Assembly: GCF_964204645.1 (NCBI RefSeq)
Contig: NC_134026.1
Location: forward strand, 10,191,950 to 10,255,949
Reading direction: 5' to 3'
Origin: Tubulanus polymorphus
Taxonomy: Eukaryota; Animalia; Nemertea
Length of the DNA: 64,000 nucleotides
Part shown: positions 1-11,211 of the stretch, one piece after another
Layout: every line of letters begins with the position of its first letter
How positions within the stretch are numbered: position 1 is the first letter of the stretch
Translations under genes and position numbers: made by a program
Notes under the pieces: model-generated
Told to the model about the DNA's origin: nothing
The model's input: only the letters and a program-made list of their open reading frames with translations
Databases searched by the model: none

Positions 1-2220
1 TGGCGTATTCTGTATTCGGACTTGTTGCGCATTAGGGATATCGAAGTAAATAGAGAATTCTTCAAGAACCGTTCTGTTGATGGCACCGAGCCATGCGAGT
101 TACACTGTTTTGCGGACGCCAGTCCCCGAGCCTATGGCGCCGTTGTATACTTGAAACGTGGTGCAGAAACCAGCATCGTAATGGCAAAAAGCAGTCGCCC
201 CGGTCAAGGAGCTTTCCCTGCCACGTTTGGGGCTCATGGCGGCCCTGCTTGGCTCCCGATTATCAAAATTCGTTAGTGTTTTGTGGAGCGATAGTGAAAT
301 CGTTCTAAATTGGCTAAGGTCTGAAAGGAGAAGGCCGTGTTTCGTTGAGAACCGAATTCGGGAAATTTGTTCAAATTCTAATCGCATCGCTTCTGTCCCA
401 CCGGGGACAACCCTGCGGATCTGTTAACCCGGGGAATCGAAACTGATCAGTTAATTGATTCTACGTTATGGTGGAATGGTCCACTATGGCTTAAACATGG
501 AGACTGGCCTATCTCGCCATTGGAAACAACTAATGTATGCGCGCCAATAGATACCGAAAGCGAGGCCGAATTACATATCGAAAGTGCTAATAAAGTAACC
601 ATGGAAACAGTCGGGATTAGTCAGATCATTGATATACAGCATTTCAGTTCACTAACCCAACTATTACGTCACACTGCACTCGTTGCGCGATTCGTATCAA
701 ATGTAAAAAATTCGGAGTCGCAGAAACTCGACGAATTGTCCGCCGACGAAATTAAAGCCGCCGAAAACCTTTGGATACTCGAGATTCAAAGTGTTTGTTT
801 TGGGGAGGAGCTAAATGCTTTAACCTCAAAACAGAATTGTAGCGACCGCCCCATCATTAAACAGCTGAAATTGTTTATTGATGATGATGGGGGTATTGAG
901 ATGCGGCAGTAGGCTACACAACGCCCCACTGTCTGATAGCGCGAAATTTCCGATCTTATTACCGCGTAAACACCACTTCACTGACCTCCAGATTCTGTTT
1001 CACCACCGGAGCGCAAAACACGGTGGTTTAACGAGCACTGTGACCCGCATTCGACAATACTATTGGACTAGTCAGATCAGGTCAGCTGTCAATTCTGTAA
1101 TACGAAAATGTGATACATGTAAAATAACATGTGGGCGTAGCTATCCGTTACCGATCTCGCTCCCGTAACACGTGTTCAAAATGCGCCGCCCTTTACTGTT
1201 ACGGGCATTGATTTCACCGGAGAGTTACTAGTGAAAACCAGCGACGGTGGTATTGCTAAGAGATATATTTGCTTATTCACTTGTGCATCTACGCGTGCAG
1301 TGCACTTGGAGTTGGTAGATAACCTATATCCGTCTACCTTCATTCGTGCGTTTCGAAAGTTCTCTGCGCGTCGATCATTACCAAACATTGTCATAAGTGA
1401 AAACGCGACAACCTTCAACGCGGCAGTGTCCGAAATCAAATTGATCATGGAATCTCCGGATGTTCGTAAACATATGGCGAACTCCCGAGTCAAATGGGGA
1501 GTTTATTCCCAAACGCGCACACTGGTTTGGGGGCTTCTGATAACGCCTGATCGGAATGACAAAAATGTGCATAAAAAAAGTGTTAGGTCGTGCCTCCATT
1601 TACGACGATGAATTGCGAACCCTTCTATGTGAAGTCGAGGCAACCCTAAACGACTGACCGATCACTTACGTTTATAGCGATGTCAACGAACCTGCTCCAT
1701 TGACACCGTCCGAACTGATCTATGGTCGTCGCTTAACGACCTTACCGTACACTTATATCGATCTACAGGACCCCGATTTCGATAAACAGCCAACCGATCT
1801 CCAACACCGCCAGCAACACCTGTGCGATTTATTGCGCCAATTTCAAAATAGGTGGTCTTCCGAGTACTTGATTAGCCTGAAAGAACGTCACGAACTAACT
1901 GGATGATTGCATAATGTCATTAAACGTGGTGACGTTGTTTTAGTACACGATGACAAGAAACGTATTCTTTGGAAATTAGCATTAGTGGAAAATTTGCGTT
2001 ACGGTTTCAATGGTTTGGTTCGCGCAGCCGACATTAAAACGCAAAATGGCAGTACAAACAGACCATTAAACAAACTCTATCCGCTTGAAGTCACCGCTAA
2101 AGATATCGAATCGCTAGTACCGTCGCGTGACTCAACGAACCACGACATAAAAACCACTACGCGCCCGTCTCGGTCAGCAGCGAAAACTGCTCGAGATAAC
2201 ATTAACGTTGGACTAGTATA
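1..2220 (+). mobile_element. BEL/Pao LTR retrotransposon pol remnant (RNase H, integrase, C-terminal DUF5641-like region), frameshifted
   Basis: Consecutive ORF fragments carry Pao motifs: ELHCFADASPRAYGAVVY, WSDSEIVLNW, FVENRIREI, H..AKHGG...YW...C..C, GIDFTG, LFTCASTRAVHLELV, RRSLP..ISENATTF, RWSSEYL, GDVVLVHDD...WKLA...RPLNKLYPLE. Multiple stops and frameshifts; the element runs off the left edge. Confidence 0.93.
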
Positions 2221-2577
2221 CTTAAATAATTTGCATTGCGTAATTTTAATGTTCAATACTGTTTATTATTCTCAATCGATCTGAATATTATGTCAATATA
2301 CGTTCTATGTGCCGTTACACTTTGTAGGCCGGGTGGTGGTCATCATACCTTGATTGCTTGTATTACTCATAAACTCATAGACTTCACAGACTAGAATTAT
2401 GTTTTTAATCTTTAGATACTAGAATTTTACTCATATTTTAATATTTCTCTTACCGGGTGTATTTAACCATTTCAAAAATGAATATTTCATGAGATAATTG
2501 CCATGAGATGTAACGTCTAAAAATTGTAGTTTTTAATTATTCTCACTTGCTTGTATGTTAATTTCCCGCCCCAGGAG

Positions 2578-2926
2578 TGTTGGCAACGCTGAGGTACACA
2601 TCTGTTTGCGGTTTCAGCTATAGTACTGAATGACCATTTGTCCTATTTAGCTATTTAGAATGTACTCTTGTTTATGCGTCAGTGTCTTGTGAAATAAAGT
2701 TCAGTGCAGCATATAGCGTCAGATAAGAAACACGTCTTCTCCCTCCCTCCCTCCATCTCTCTCTCTCCCTCTCTCTCTCTCTAGTTATTGGTGAACTAGG
2801 CATATACCCTGTATTAATTAAAGCTCTTGTACATAGTAGTAAATATTGGTTCACTGTTTGTGAATCTAGCACATCTACATTAGTGAGACAGGCATACATA
2901 GAATGCTTATCCTTGATGCACCAACA
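2578..2926 (+). mobile_element. 3' LTR of the BEL/Pao element
   Basis: Begins TGTTGG right after cccgccccaggag and ends CCAACA (6-bp terminal inverted repeat). Contains AATAAA and a CT microsatellite. Confidence 0.75.
2737..2782 (+). repeat. (CT)n/(CCCT)n microsatellite
   Basis: tctccctccctccctccatctctctctctccctctctctctct. Confidence 0.85.
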
Positions 2927-2959
2927 AATATATAGCTGTAACTGGGCATCTTTCCTAAC

Positions 2960-3787
2960 TGGGCATCTTTCCTAAAAGATTTATGCTTCAAATTTAATCT
3001 TGATGAAACCTGGTATAATCAGGGCAGCCAATCTACATCTAAATCAATCAAATCTTTAAAAAATATGTTACAATCTGGATTCGCATCCAATTGGTTAGTA
3101 ATTCTACAATCCAACGAATTAGGTGGTAATGTCTCTAAACTCAGAATTTATAAAACTTTTAAAAAAACCTTCTCTTTTGAAAGATACCTCTTATTTATAA
3201 AGAGATTTTCTCGGCTCAGCGTAAGTGCTCATAAGCTCCAAATTGAAAAGGACAGATACAGCAAACCTTTTGTACCTGCAGGAAAAACGAATTTGTAGAT
3301 TATGCAATAATAACTGCATCGAAGATGAAAAACATTTTATACTATACTGTCAACTCTATAACAATGAAAGACAATCTCTCTTAGATAGCCTTCAAAATTT
3401 TATTGCAATCGAAAATCTTTCTGATGATGAATTATTCTCATTTTTTACTTTCTTACAACAATGATTCGGAAGTTTGTAATTTAATCTCTGACTATGTTTG
3501 TGCTATTACTGACGTCAGAAATAAGAAAATCCGTGAATAGATCCGTTATCGTCAATAGGTGCTGCCCTCTCTACTTTAAATACCAAACCATGCTAGTTCT
3601 TTCCTCTGCTGTAACTCCTGTAAATATGTTATATTGTCTATTTAAATTTTATCATGTAATTCTTGTGGATTTTATTCTGTGAATTTCCCTGTTTATTTTT
3701 TTTTCCTGTACCTTTATTGCTTTTTATGCTTATATGTTTTATTGTAAAACCTTCCCTAAGTGGCAATAAAGAAAGAATTAAATTGAA
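2960..3787 (+). mobile_element. Non-LTR retrotransposon (LINE) 3' fragment
   Basis: KLRIYKTFK..FSFERYL, RLSVSAHKLQIEK.RY, RICRLCNNNCIEDEKHFILYC (C-terminal zinc-binding motif of LINE ORF2). Ends aataaagaaagaattaaattgaa. Confidence 0.75.
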
Positions 3788-4639
3788 TCATCTCACGCTG
3801 ACATCACCACAGGGGATTACCTGAGACTGCTGAGCATCGCCACTACGTATATTTTGGTTTGCCGTAGCAAGAAAAAACGTCTTAAAAGTATTCGAAATGA
3901 AAACAAATATACCTAAGGTCATTAGATTATCATTTATTACATCTTAATGGATTGATTCAAGGGAAAAAACAAAATTGTTCAGTTGCTGACAATGCAATCG
4001 ACTCTTGTCGTGCACTTAGTATTAGAAATATCAAAATCATCAGTGTTGCAAACTAAACACAAGATAGCCGGACTCTAACGATTGCTAACGTAAGGGCATA
4101 ACAAATGACACGTTCAATTGATGACACTTAATGCCATGATGAGTTCTCGCAGCGTTGATCAAAACACGGATCTTGGACGTGTGGTGTTATCACTGCAGAA
4201 AATAGTGGATGCACGCCACATGCCGTGGTGCGCTGATATTATTTCGGTGTTTAAATTATGTTTTTTTTCAAACAAAATAAAATTTATTCATCAAAATGCC
4301 TCGTGTTTTGTGGAATAGGCCTATGTAATTAAACTTCGACTTTGTCATCAATATTTTTTGCGACTGTGATTGAAGCTCCCGTACTCAGTAAATTCGAGTG
4401 ATATAATCGGGGCGAAAATCTCAGCTGGCCAATAAATTTACGTTGGTTTTTACATAAAGAGTAGCGACCGTCTGAAACTGCAAAGAATGATCTGGCCTTA
4501 TCCAAATTCAAAAAGTCTTCACTGCGTAGTGTCCAAAGCATTCCCCAGTCTCTCAGCATAGGCCTAAGCGCTGAATATCGCGCACGAGGCGTTAGACGAG
4601 ATCTGACGACGAAACCCATCAAAAAAGCTACTCGAAAAA

Positions 4640-4961
4640 GCAACGCAAGTAACACAGACGATCAATTCGCAAGACGCGCCTGACGATCAAGACGACGATC
4701 TACTCGACCTCCAAGCAGCAGTCAACAGTTTAAACATGAAAGTGACAGAAATTACAGAGCTCGATCACCTCATCATTTCACATATCGCAACAGCTGATGG
4801 CTGTTTTAGAAGAATCCGAAGATTTCATTCACAAAACTCGCGCACGAATCTTGAAATTCGAGGCTATCTTACATAAGAGAAATATTGCCGCGAACACAGC
4901 TACACAACGAACAGAAAGACCCGCGAAAAACGAACACTTATACACACTTGCCGAAACTAGA
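4640..4961 (+). mobile_element. BEL/Pao gag N-terminal remnant, truncated by a downstream repeat
   Basis: Coiled-coil-like DDDLLDLQAAVNSLNMKVTEITELD...LEESEDFIHKTRARI followed by LPKLE (ttgccgaaactagag), typical of Pao gag. Confidence 0.5.
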
Positions 4962-5199
4962 GCCGCGTTCACACGACAACTAGTTAGACCGGTCTAAATG
5001 GGTCCGTACCTGGTCTGGTCCAAATTTAGACCGGACCAAATTTTGATGAGCGTTCACATGGCGATATTCTCTCTGATTTAATGCAGCAAAACCATCATGT
5101 TATATCATGTTAGGCTATATCATGTTATATCATGTTATATTGACTTCAAATACGTAATCTCGGTAAGCAATAAAATTTCATTGAATTTGTTTGATCGAC

Positions 5200-5445
5200 G
5201 ATCTCAACTCGGTAAAGTTATTAGTTATTTTTCTACAAAAATATCTGACAAAATATGTAAAATATGACTCCAGCAGGCATTTATCACTGATATAATATGA
5301 TTTCAAGTGTTGAAATCGATAAGTAATAAATAAATATGTTATATTTCATGTCATATCGGTTGATCTCAGTTCATCTCGGTAAAATAGTCATCTCGGTTGA
5401 TCTCGGTAAAATACATCATCTCGGTAATAAGGATGACCGCTCGGT
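5200..5445 (+). repeat. Dispersed repeat (MITE-like), inverted copy at about 61942-62220
   Basis: ttatttttctacaaaaatatctgacaaaatatgtaaaatatgact...aaatatgttatatttcatgtcat..atctcggtaataaggatgaccg matches the reverse complement of 61942-62110. Confidence 0.7.
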
Positions 5446-6318
5446 AATATTAAGGACCGAACACAAATTTGACAAATACACTATCACTATCAGAAACCCC
5501 AGGCTAAAACAACGTACCGCGATTTTACAAGAATTGGCCCAATGCCAACTTCATTTTGCTGAAAAAGGTAAACCAAAAAGCTACACTACAGATACACTTA
5601 CCAGACACTTTGGCAACGCGGCGCTTGCTAACGTGTGTAGAACTACATGTATCGCGTATCGGACGACGATCTCTGTACCAAAAAATGCACCGTACATCGG
5701 CAGTGTTAACAGCGACATGTAAGGCAATAGAAGAAAACCCGCCGAAGCAGCAGTCGCTAGACCGCATAACGTTCCCAAACACATTCTTCTGTTATCTGAC
5801 GAGCTTTCCAATTTCGTATAATGTGCGCATTTTATGATTCCATTCAATAAAATAAATCAAATTAAACATTCTCCACGCGTCCTTGAATTCGAGCAATTCA
5901 ATTATTTTTTATTGACGAGTGACAACGCAATTTGGTCAAATCAACAATCGGGCCCACCCCTATGTACCAGCCTGTATACCGGATTAGATTTTAGATTTCA
6001 GCGCGAAGGCCGGTCTTGACGCTGCGACCTCATCATCGGTGCATCAAAGTAACTTTTTACACCCGTAAATGTATGTTTTTGTCGTTTAAGTTGTATCATC
6101 TCACGATTCACTACTACTTTCTACTAATATTAATATTAGTTTTAGTTACCTAATGATATCGTTGGACGGGTAAGCTTTTTATAATCGGATGTGATCAATT
6201 TGTGAAAATATCCGATCGTGAAACTAAACCACAGTCAGGCTACATCGTACCACATCGTACTGACTAACGATTCACGTGCTCACTCCTCAAGTCAAAGTTA
6301 TTATTTCTTTTAAATCGC

Positions 6319-7744
6319 CACAGGGACCTGACAAAAAAAAATTTTTTCGCTCATTTTTGGTAGGGCCTAGTACATCTACATCTACATTGGTTACTGCATC
6401 GGTCCGCGTGCGCGCGTATAGATGATGCAGGGGCGGGTGGCGCGACTAGGTGATGGGTACTGAGGCAGCGGAGCACATTTCTTTGATCGTCTCCTGGCTG
6501 CTAGCGTTCCACTCAACAACTGTTCTTGGGAAAAAGGAGTTGCGGTATTCCTCGGTTGACGTCCTAAACTGCGAAAGTTTGAAGTCGTTCCGCCTTCTGG
6601 TTTTCCCTAGTCCTGTTGTTATGTAGTGGTCTTTAGGGATCGCTGTCTCCTGATTCAAGATTTTCTGCATCATCGAGATGCGACAATGTCTACGTCGGTC
6701 TGCTAATTGGGGCCAGTCCAGGTGCTCCAACATGGTCGAAACACTGCTGGTGCGTTTGTAGTCGGGCATCACGAATCTGGCTGCGCGACGCTGCACTTTC
6801 TCGAGGGCGTCCACGTCTTTCACTAAGTGCGGGTCCCACACTGAGCCGGCGTACTCAAGTTTGGACCTGACAAGCGACTTGTACGCGGTGGCTTTCAACT
6901 GACGTGGGGCGTATTTCAAATTCCGCATTAGGAAGCCCAGTGTCCTTGAGGCTGAGGCCACCGCAGAATTTATATGGAGGTCCCACTTCATGTTACTGGA
7001 GAGCGTGATGCCGAGGTACGTGATGGAAGTAACCGATTTCAGTATGTGATCACCCATGCTGTACATATAGATGAGCGGAGATGTTATCCGTGACACGGTT
7101 AGGATGTAGCACTTTGTTGTGTTAAATCGCATCCCCAAGTGTTGGCCCACTGTTGCAAGGATTCCAAGTCCTGTTGGAGGGCATGCTGATCTCGTATAGA
7201 GCGGATGGCACGATACATTAAACAGTCGTCTGCGAAGTACATACCTGATAAAGGTCTTAGTAGGACCAGAAAGGACAGGCAGTCGACCTTAAACATCATT
7301 TTTAATCCACTTTAAACTGTATTGAAGGATATCCAAAATGTCTTCATTGAAAGGGGTTCATGAGAGAAAAGAGACTCCCTGATTTGAAAGTTTAACAATA
7401 TGTCTCCATGCCTACCAACTGAAGTTTGGTACGTAGGCATGGAAACATATTGTTAAACTTTCAAATCATGGAGTCACTTCTCTTCAATTAACCCCTTTCA
7501 GTGAAGACTTTGGATATCCTTCAATACAGTTTCAAATGGATTAAAAAATGATGATTTAGGTCGACTGCCAGTCCTACTAAGACATTTATCAGGTATGTAC
7601 TACCAAAAATGAGCAAGCTAGGCCACCCGGAATGCTCTCAAGTCAGGTTGAAATAGACATTAGGTACTATATATATATTTTAAATCTATTTTTATATATA
7701 GCCTAGGATACTGGGGTCAAAATTTTGTTTGTCAGGTCCCTGTG
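6319..7744. mobile_element. Foldback MITE with CACAGGG termini (P-superfamily-like or hAT), interrupted by a LINE
   Basis: TIR cacagggacctgacaaa (6319) / tttgtcaggtccctgtg (ends 7744). Flanks taaatcgc / aaaatcgc (7 of 8 match). Internal long palindrome at 7236-7601. Confidence 0.8.
6376..7235 (-). mobile_element. 5'-truncated CR1/L2-group LINE
   Basis: YFADDCLMYR, QQDLESLQQWA, YLGITLSSNMKW..HI, AYKSLVRSKLEYAGSVWDPH, LEKVQRRAARFV, SFFPRTVVEWN. (ATGTAG)n tail and AGTACAT target-site duplication at 6369-6375 / 7236-7242. Confidence 0.92.
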
Positions 7745-8775
7745 AAAATCGCTACTAGTCCTAGAGTTTTCATCAGATCAATTCCAAATTTGGTATGAAT
7801 GTTCTATGGACCACCGCCTATGAAGTTACACAGCCAATTTTTTTGATTCGTCCACCAGGGACACCCTGGGGGAGGAATTTCCATTTCTTCAAATTGCTAT
7901 TAGTCCTACAATTTTAATCAGATCAAGTCTAAATTTGGTATGAATGTTCTATGGACCAATACCTACAGTACAGTACAGTACTGGACGTATCGGCCCCACT
8001 CTGCGCGGTTGCGCCACCGCGCAGGATTTACGCGAAGCAGCAAACACAAACATGGCCACTCTCTCAATTTTCAATGATAGAAATCGTGTGTACATTTCAA
8101 TTATTTCGGCTGTTAGGGTTTTAAGGCACAATATAAGTTGATGATGTGATATGGCGGTGTTAATTAATGATAATTCCGCAGTGAAGCTAGTCACGAACGG
8201 TGCCGATTGAGTGTACAGCTGCCAAAAACACTGAAATGTGCGTAGTTGCGTAACTATTTGCAGTGAATTGCAGACGAAACATGAAGCCTTAACGGCCGTT
8301 TAAAAAAAAATTATACCAATCGCAAATAAAATAGAAATTGTAAAATAAAAATTGTAAAATATTGTAAAATAAAAATGAGATAGAACCTAAGCTAAAATTC
8401 TGGCCATTTCTAAAATGTTATTACTAATTTTTAGTCAGTGCCGAACGTTTAGTTTTCCAACAATAATGAGGGGTGGTAGGTAGTCATGCAATTCAAGTCA
8501 TCATTTATTACACGTTACTTCCGTGTTGTTGAAAATATCGCGAGTCCTGGACCAAACCCCATTGAACAATGTGATCTGTGTGCTGGCCACAAATGCACAC
8601 AGATCACACTACACTACCCATTACACACTCCAGTACCCACAGCTTTCATATATCCATCCAAATATTTAGAGTGTCTTTCTTCCTGGATTTAGCCAAAAAG
8701 GGACACCCCTAGGTATGCAGCTTCTATTTCTTCAAATCACACAGCGGAGCTATATGAGCCGATAGGCTCCTTGTT
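7745..8775 (-). mobile_element. Helentron/HINE-like non-autonomous element (host of the neighbouring insertions)
   Basis: About 146-bp tandem units (aaatcgctactagtcctag...ccaaatttggtatgaatgttctatggacca at 7746 and 7891). The minus strand begins aaacaaggagcctatcggctc at 8775. Confidence 0.45.
7981..8687 (-). mobile_element. Non-autonomous Helitron-like element, copy 1
   Basis: Highly similar over its full length to 18727-19395 with shared ends. Minus strand starts A|TC, has a 9-bp GC hairpin (8001-8024) 20 nt from the 3' end, and ends CCAG|T. No TIR or TSD. Confidence 0.6.
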
Positions 8776-9376
8776 TAGCCTTAGGTCGTCTTGGCTTTGA
8801 ACCCTGAAAATCTGGACAGTTTGTATGGAACTTAGAATACTTTCTCATCTCCCGATAGGCCTACAGCTAGATTTGATTTCAGCTTCAACAACAAAAATAT
8901 AAATATGACATCTGAGATGCTTTTGATGTAACGAAACCTTTTAATGTATTAGGAGGCTTATAATTTATAATGGTTATGTGTATTTCATTTCAAAATCTAT
9001 TATGCCTACTTAAAATGTGTGACGTATTTACCTTCTCTTCTTTGTATAAACAACTGTTTGTCATTTAAAATCTAATTACCTTATACTTTTATAACATGCA
9101 TTTCCTTTTATGTCAAGTATAAGCTGATAGAGCACCTTACTAAACCAATGTATGGTCTAGTATGTTGGATATGATTAACTCCTTAATTCACTAACTTCTG
9201 CGCTGAATCTAACAGTGCCCATGGGCACCTTGTTTAAATTGGTACTAATATCTGAGTGACGAGTAATTAGGGCAGACTCAGCTATGTGGCGTTTAGTGTA
9301 ATTGCTGAATTGAACCCAAATTCAAGTTCTCTGTTGAGGATTAAATTTCTCTCTCCCGCATAAAAAACCACACATT

Positions 9377-10274
9377 TTGGATTTCATTGAACGTATGGAA
9401 AGATCTCTGGCTAGTTTTCAATACAATTTTATATTCATGAATTTGGACACCATTTGGAATACCCTTCAAGGTCAATCTAATCAGTTTTTTCCTTGGAGAT
9501 GCTCTCCAGGAACTAAAATCGAATCCATCAAAACTATCCACATCTCCAAGGCTGATAAAGGCGGCAAAATTGTTATTCAAGATTCGATCAATTACAATTC
9601 TAAAATGTTTGCTATTCTCGGTGATTCTAATTTCTACAAATCCATCAAAAACCACCGTTTGAAAAAGATGCAATCAGCTTTTAGTTTAGGTTTAAAATAC
9701 ATCTCTAAGAAATTTCCTGATCATTCGGATTTCATCTCCAAATTCAACTCTCGGCTTCCAAATCTTCTTTATGCTTATGGTCTTCCTAAAATTCATAAAC
9801 CCAATTCACCTTTAAGACCCATCACTTCTAATATCAATTCATCATATCGGCTCTCCAAATAGGCCTATCTGGCTAAAGTACTCTCCCCGGCTTTGGGTAC
9901 TTTTTCTGATTCGGCACAGTATGGATCTTTTAGACAAACTCGAAAATCTCGAACCTAATGGCCAAAAATTAATATCTTTCGATGCTGTATCCTTTATAAA
10001 TATACCATTGGAGCCAACTCTCAATTTCTTGAGAAAAAAACTCCCGGACACCAATCTTGATCTCCCGATTCCTTTAGATTGCTTACTTGAACTTTTGGAG
10101 CTCTGTACAACCAATCTATACTTCCAACTCCAAGACAAATTCTATGAACAAATTTTAGGTTTCGCTATGGGTAACCCATTATCCCCCATTTTGGCTAATC
10201 TTTTCCTTGAACATTTTGAATGCGAAATTCTTCCAAATTATGCTGGCTCTAAACCTTACTTTTCCACAGATTAG
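9377..10274 (+). mobile_element. Penelope-like element reverse transcriptase fragment
   Basis: ISKADKGGKIVI, YAYGLPKIHKPNSPLRPITS, LISFDAVS, LLELCTTNLYFQ...FYEQ..GFAMGNPLSPILANLF. Disrupted by stops. Confidence 0.9.
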
Positions 10275-11030
10275 ATATGGCTCATGAGGTCCAAGATTAA
10301 AGCTATATTGAATGTATTTGCCTTGGTGAATACTGCTGGTCGATTTGAAGAGAGAAACCTGTCACAGAGAAACCTAGTCAGTAACCTGTCGTGGTTTAGT
10401 TTATATATAGGCCTAATCCCATCCGATTATCACCAACAATTAGGTTATTAAATGGAATCATGTTATTCGGGCAGGACATCAGTAAATGTTTTCCATACTC
10501 ACTGATCCAACAAACAAAGTGGTCTCCTCAGTATAGAACGGAAGAAGAGGACGCGATTCTGTCATTGTCCATCCTAGTTACCGTTGTATAAGGTGTTAGG
10601 CCTAGATGTGGTATTATAGGCCTAAGCCTTTTCGTGAGGACCAGACAAGCACATTGTTTTTCTAATACATCTATTACATAGCATTATAACACATTTAAGA
10701 ACTACTGTGCTAGGATTGAGCTTTGCTATTGGATCCCCAACCTATGTGACAAGGCTAGGATCCGTCATTAGTAACTTGTCAACCTTGTTGGTGTTCTTTT
10801 GTATTAAAGGAACTAAACTGACTTCGAAAGATCTATCAAATCAGATTAAGTTGATTTGTGAGTCTTTGATTGAAACCAACATGTTTTGGCTACATTTAGT
10901 AGCCATCATCGCTATCAAATCTGTAGGCCCTTTGGTACATTTATTTAAGAATATAACACAAAGGAATAGATTCAATAATAGTAACTATTCATATTTTTTA
11001 TTATTTACAGTTTTTACAACATTAAGAAAA

Positions 11031-11211
11031 ATGGCATCAAGTGAATTAGAGTACGAAGCTGTATCAACGATACCAGACGTCAATTCAACACTTCACAATG
11101 GGAAACGCAGCCGAGAAATCTACTTCACTCTTCCCACTCTAAGATACGCCACTATATTTAAAATCATTCTCGTTGTCGATGCGGTCGCGTCACTGGGGCT
11201 GTGGATATCCG
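11031..11211 (+). CDS. ABCB exon 1 (N-tail and TMD0 helix 1)
   Basis: [11 protein letters not shown]...[16 protein letters not shown], donor g|gtaag. An acceptor at 11009-11010 implies an upstream UTR exon. Confidence 0.75.

Noticed and set aside
3853-3870. tggtttgccgtag as the PBS of a second BEL element
   Set aside because: Poor match to a tRNA 3' end and no clear adjacent LTR.
10707-11030. ORF-track N-terminal extension of ABCB exon 1
   Set aside because: It starts at GTG and crosses a good splice acceptor at 11010; ATG 11031 is preferred.
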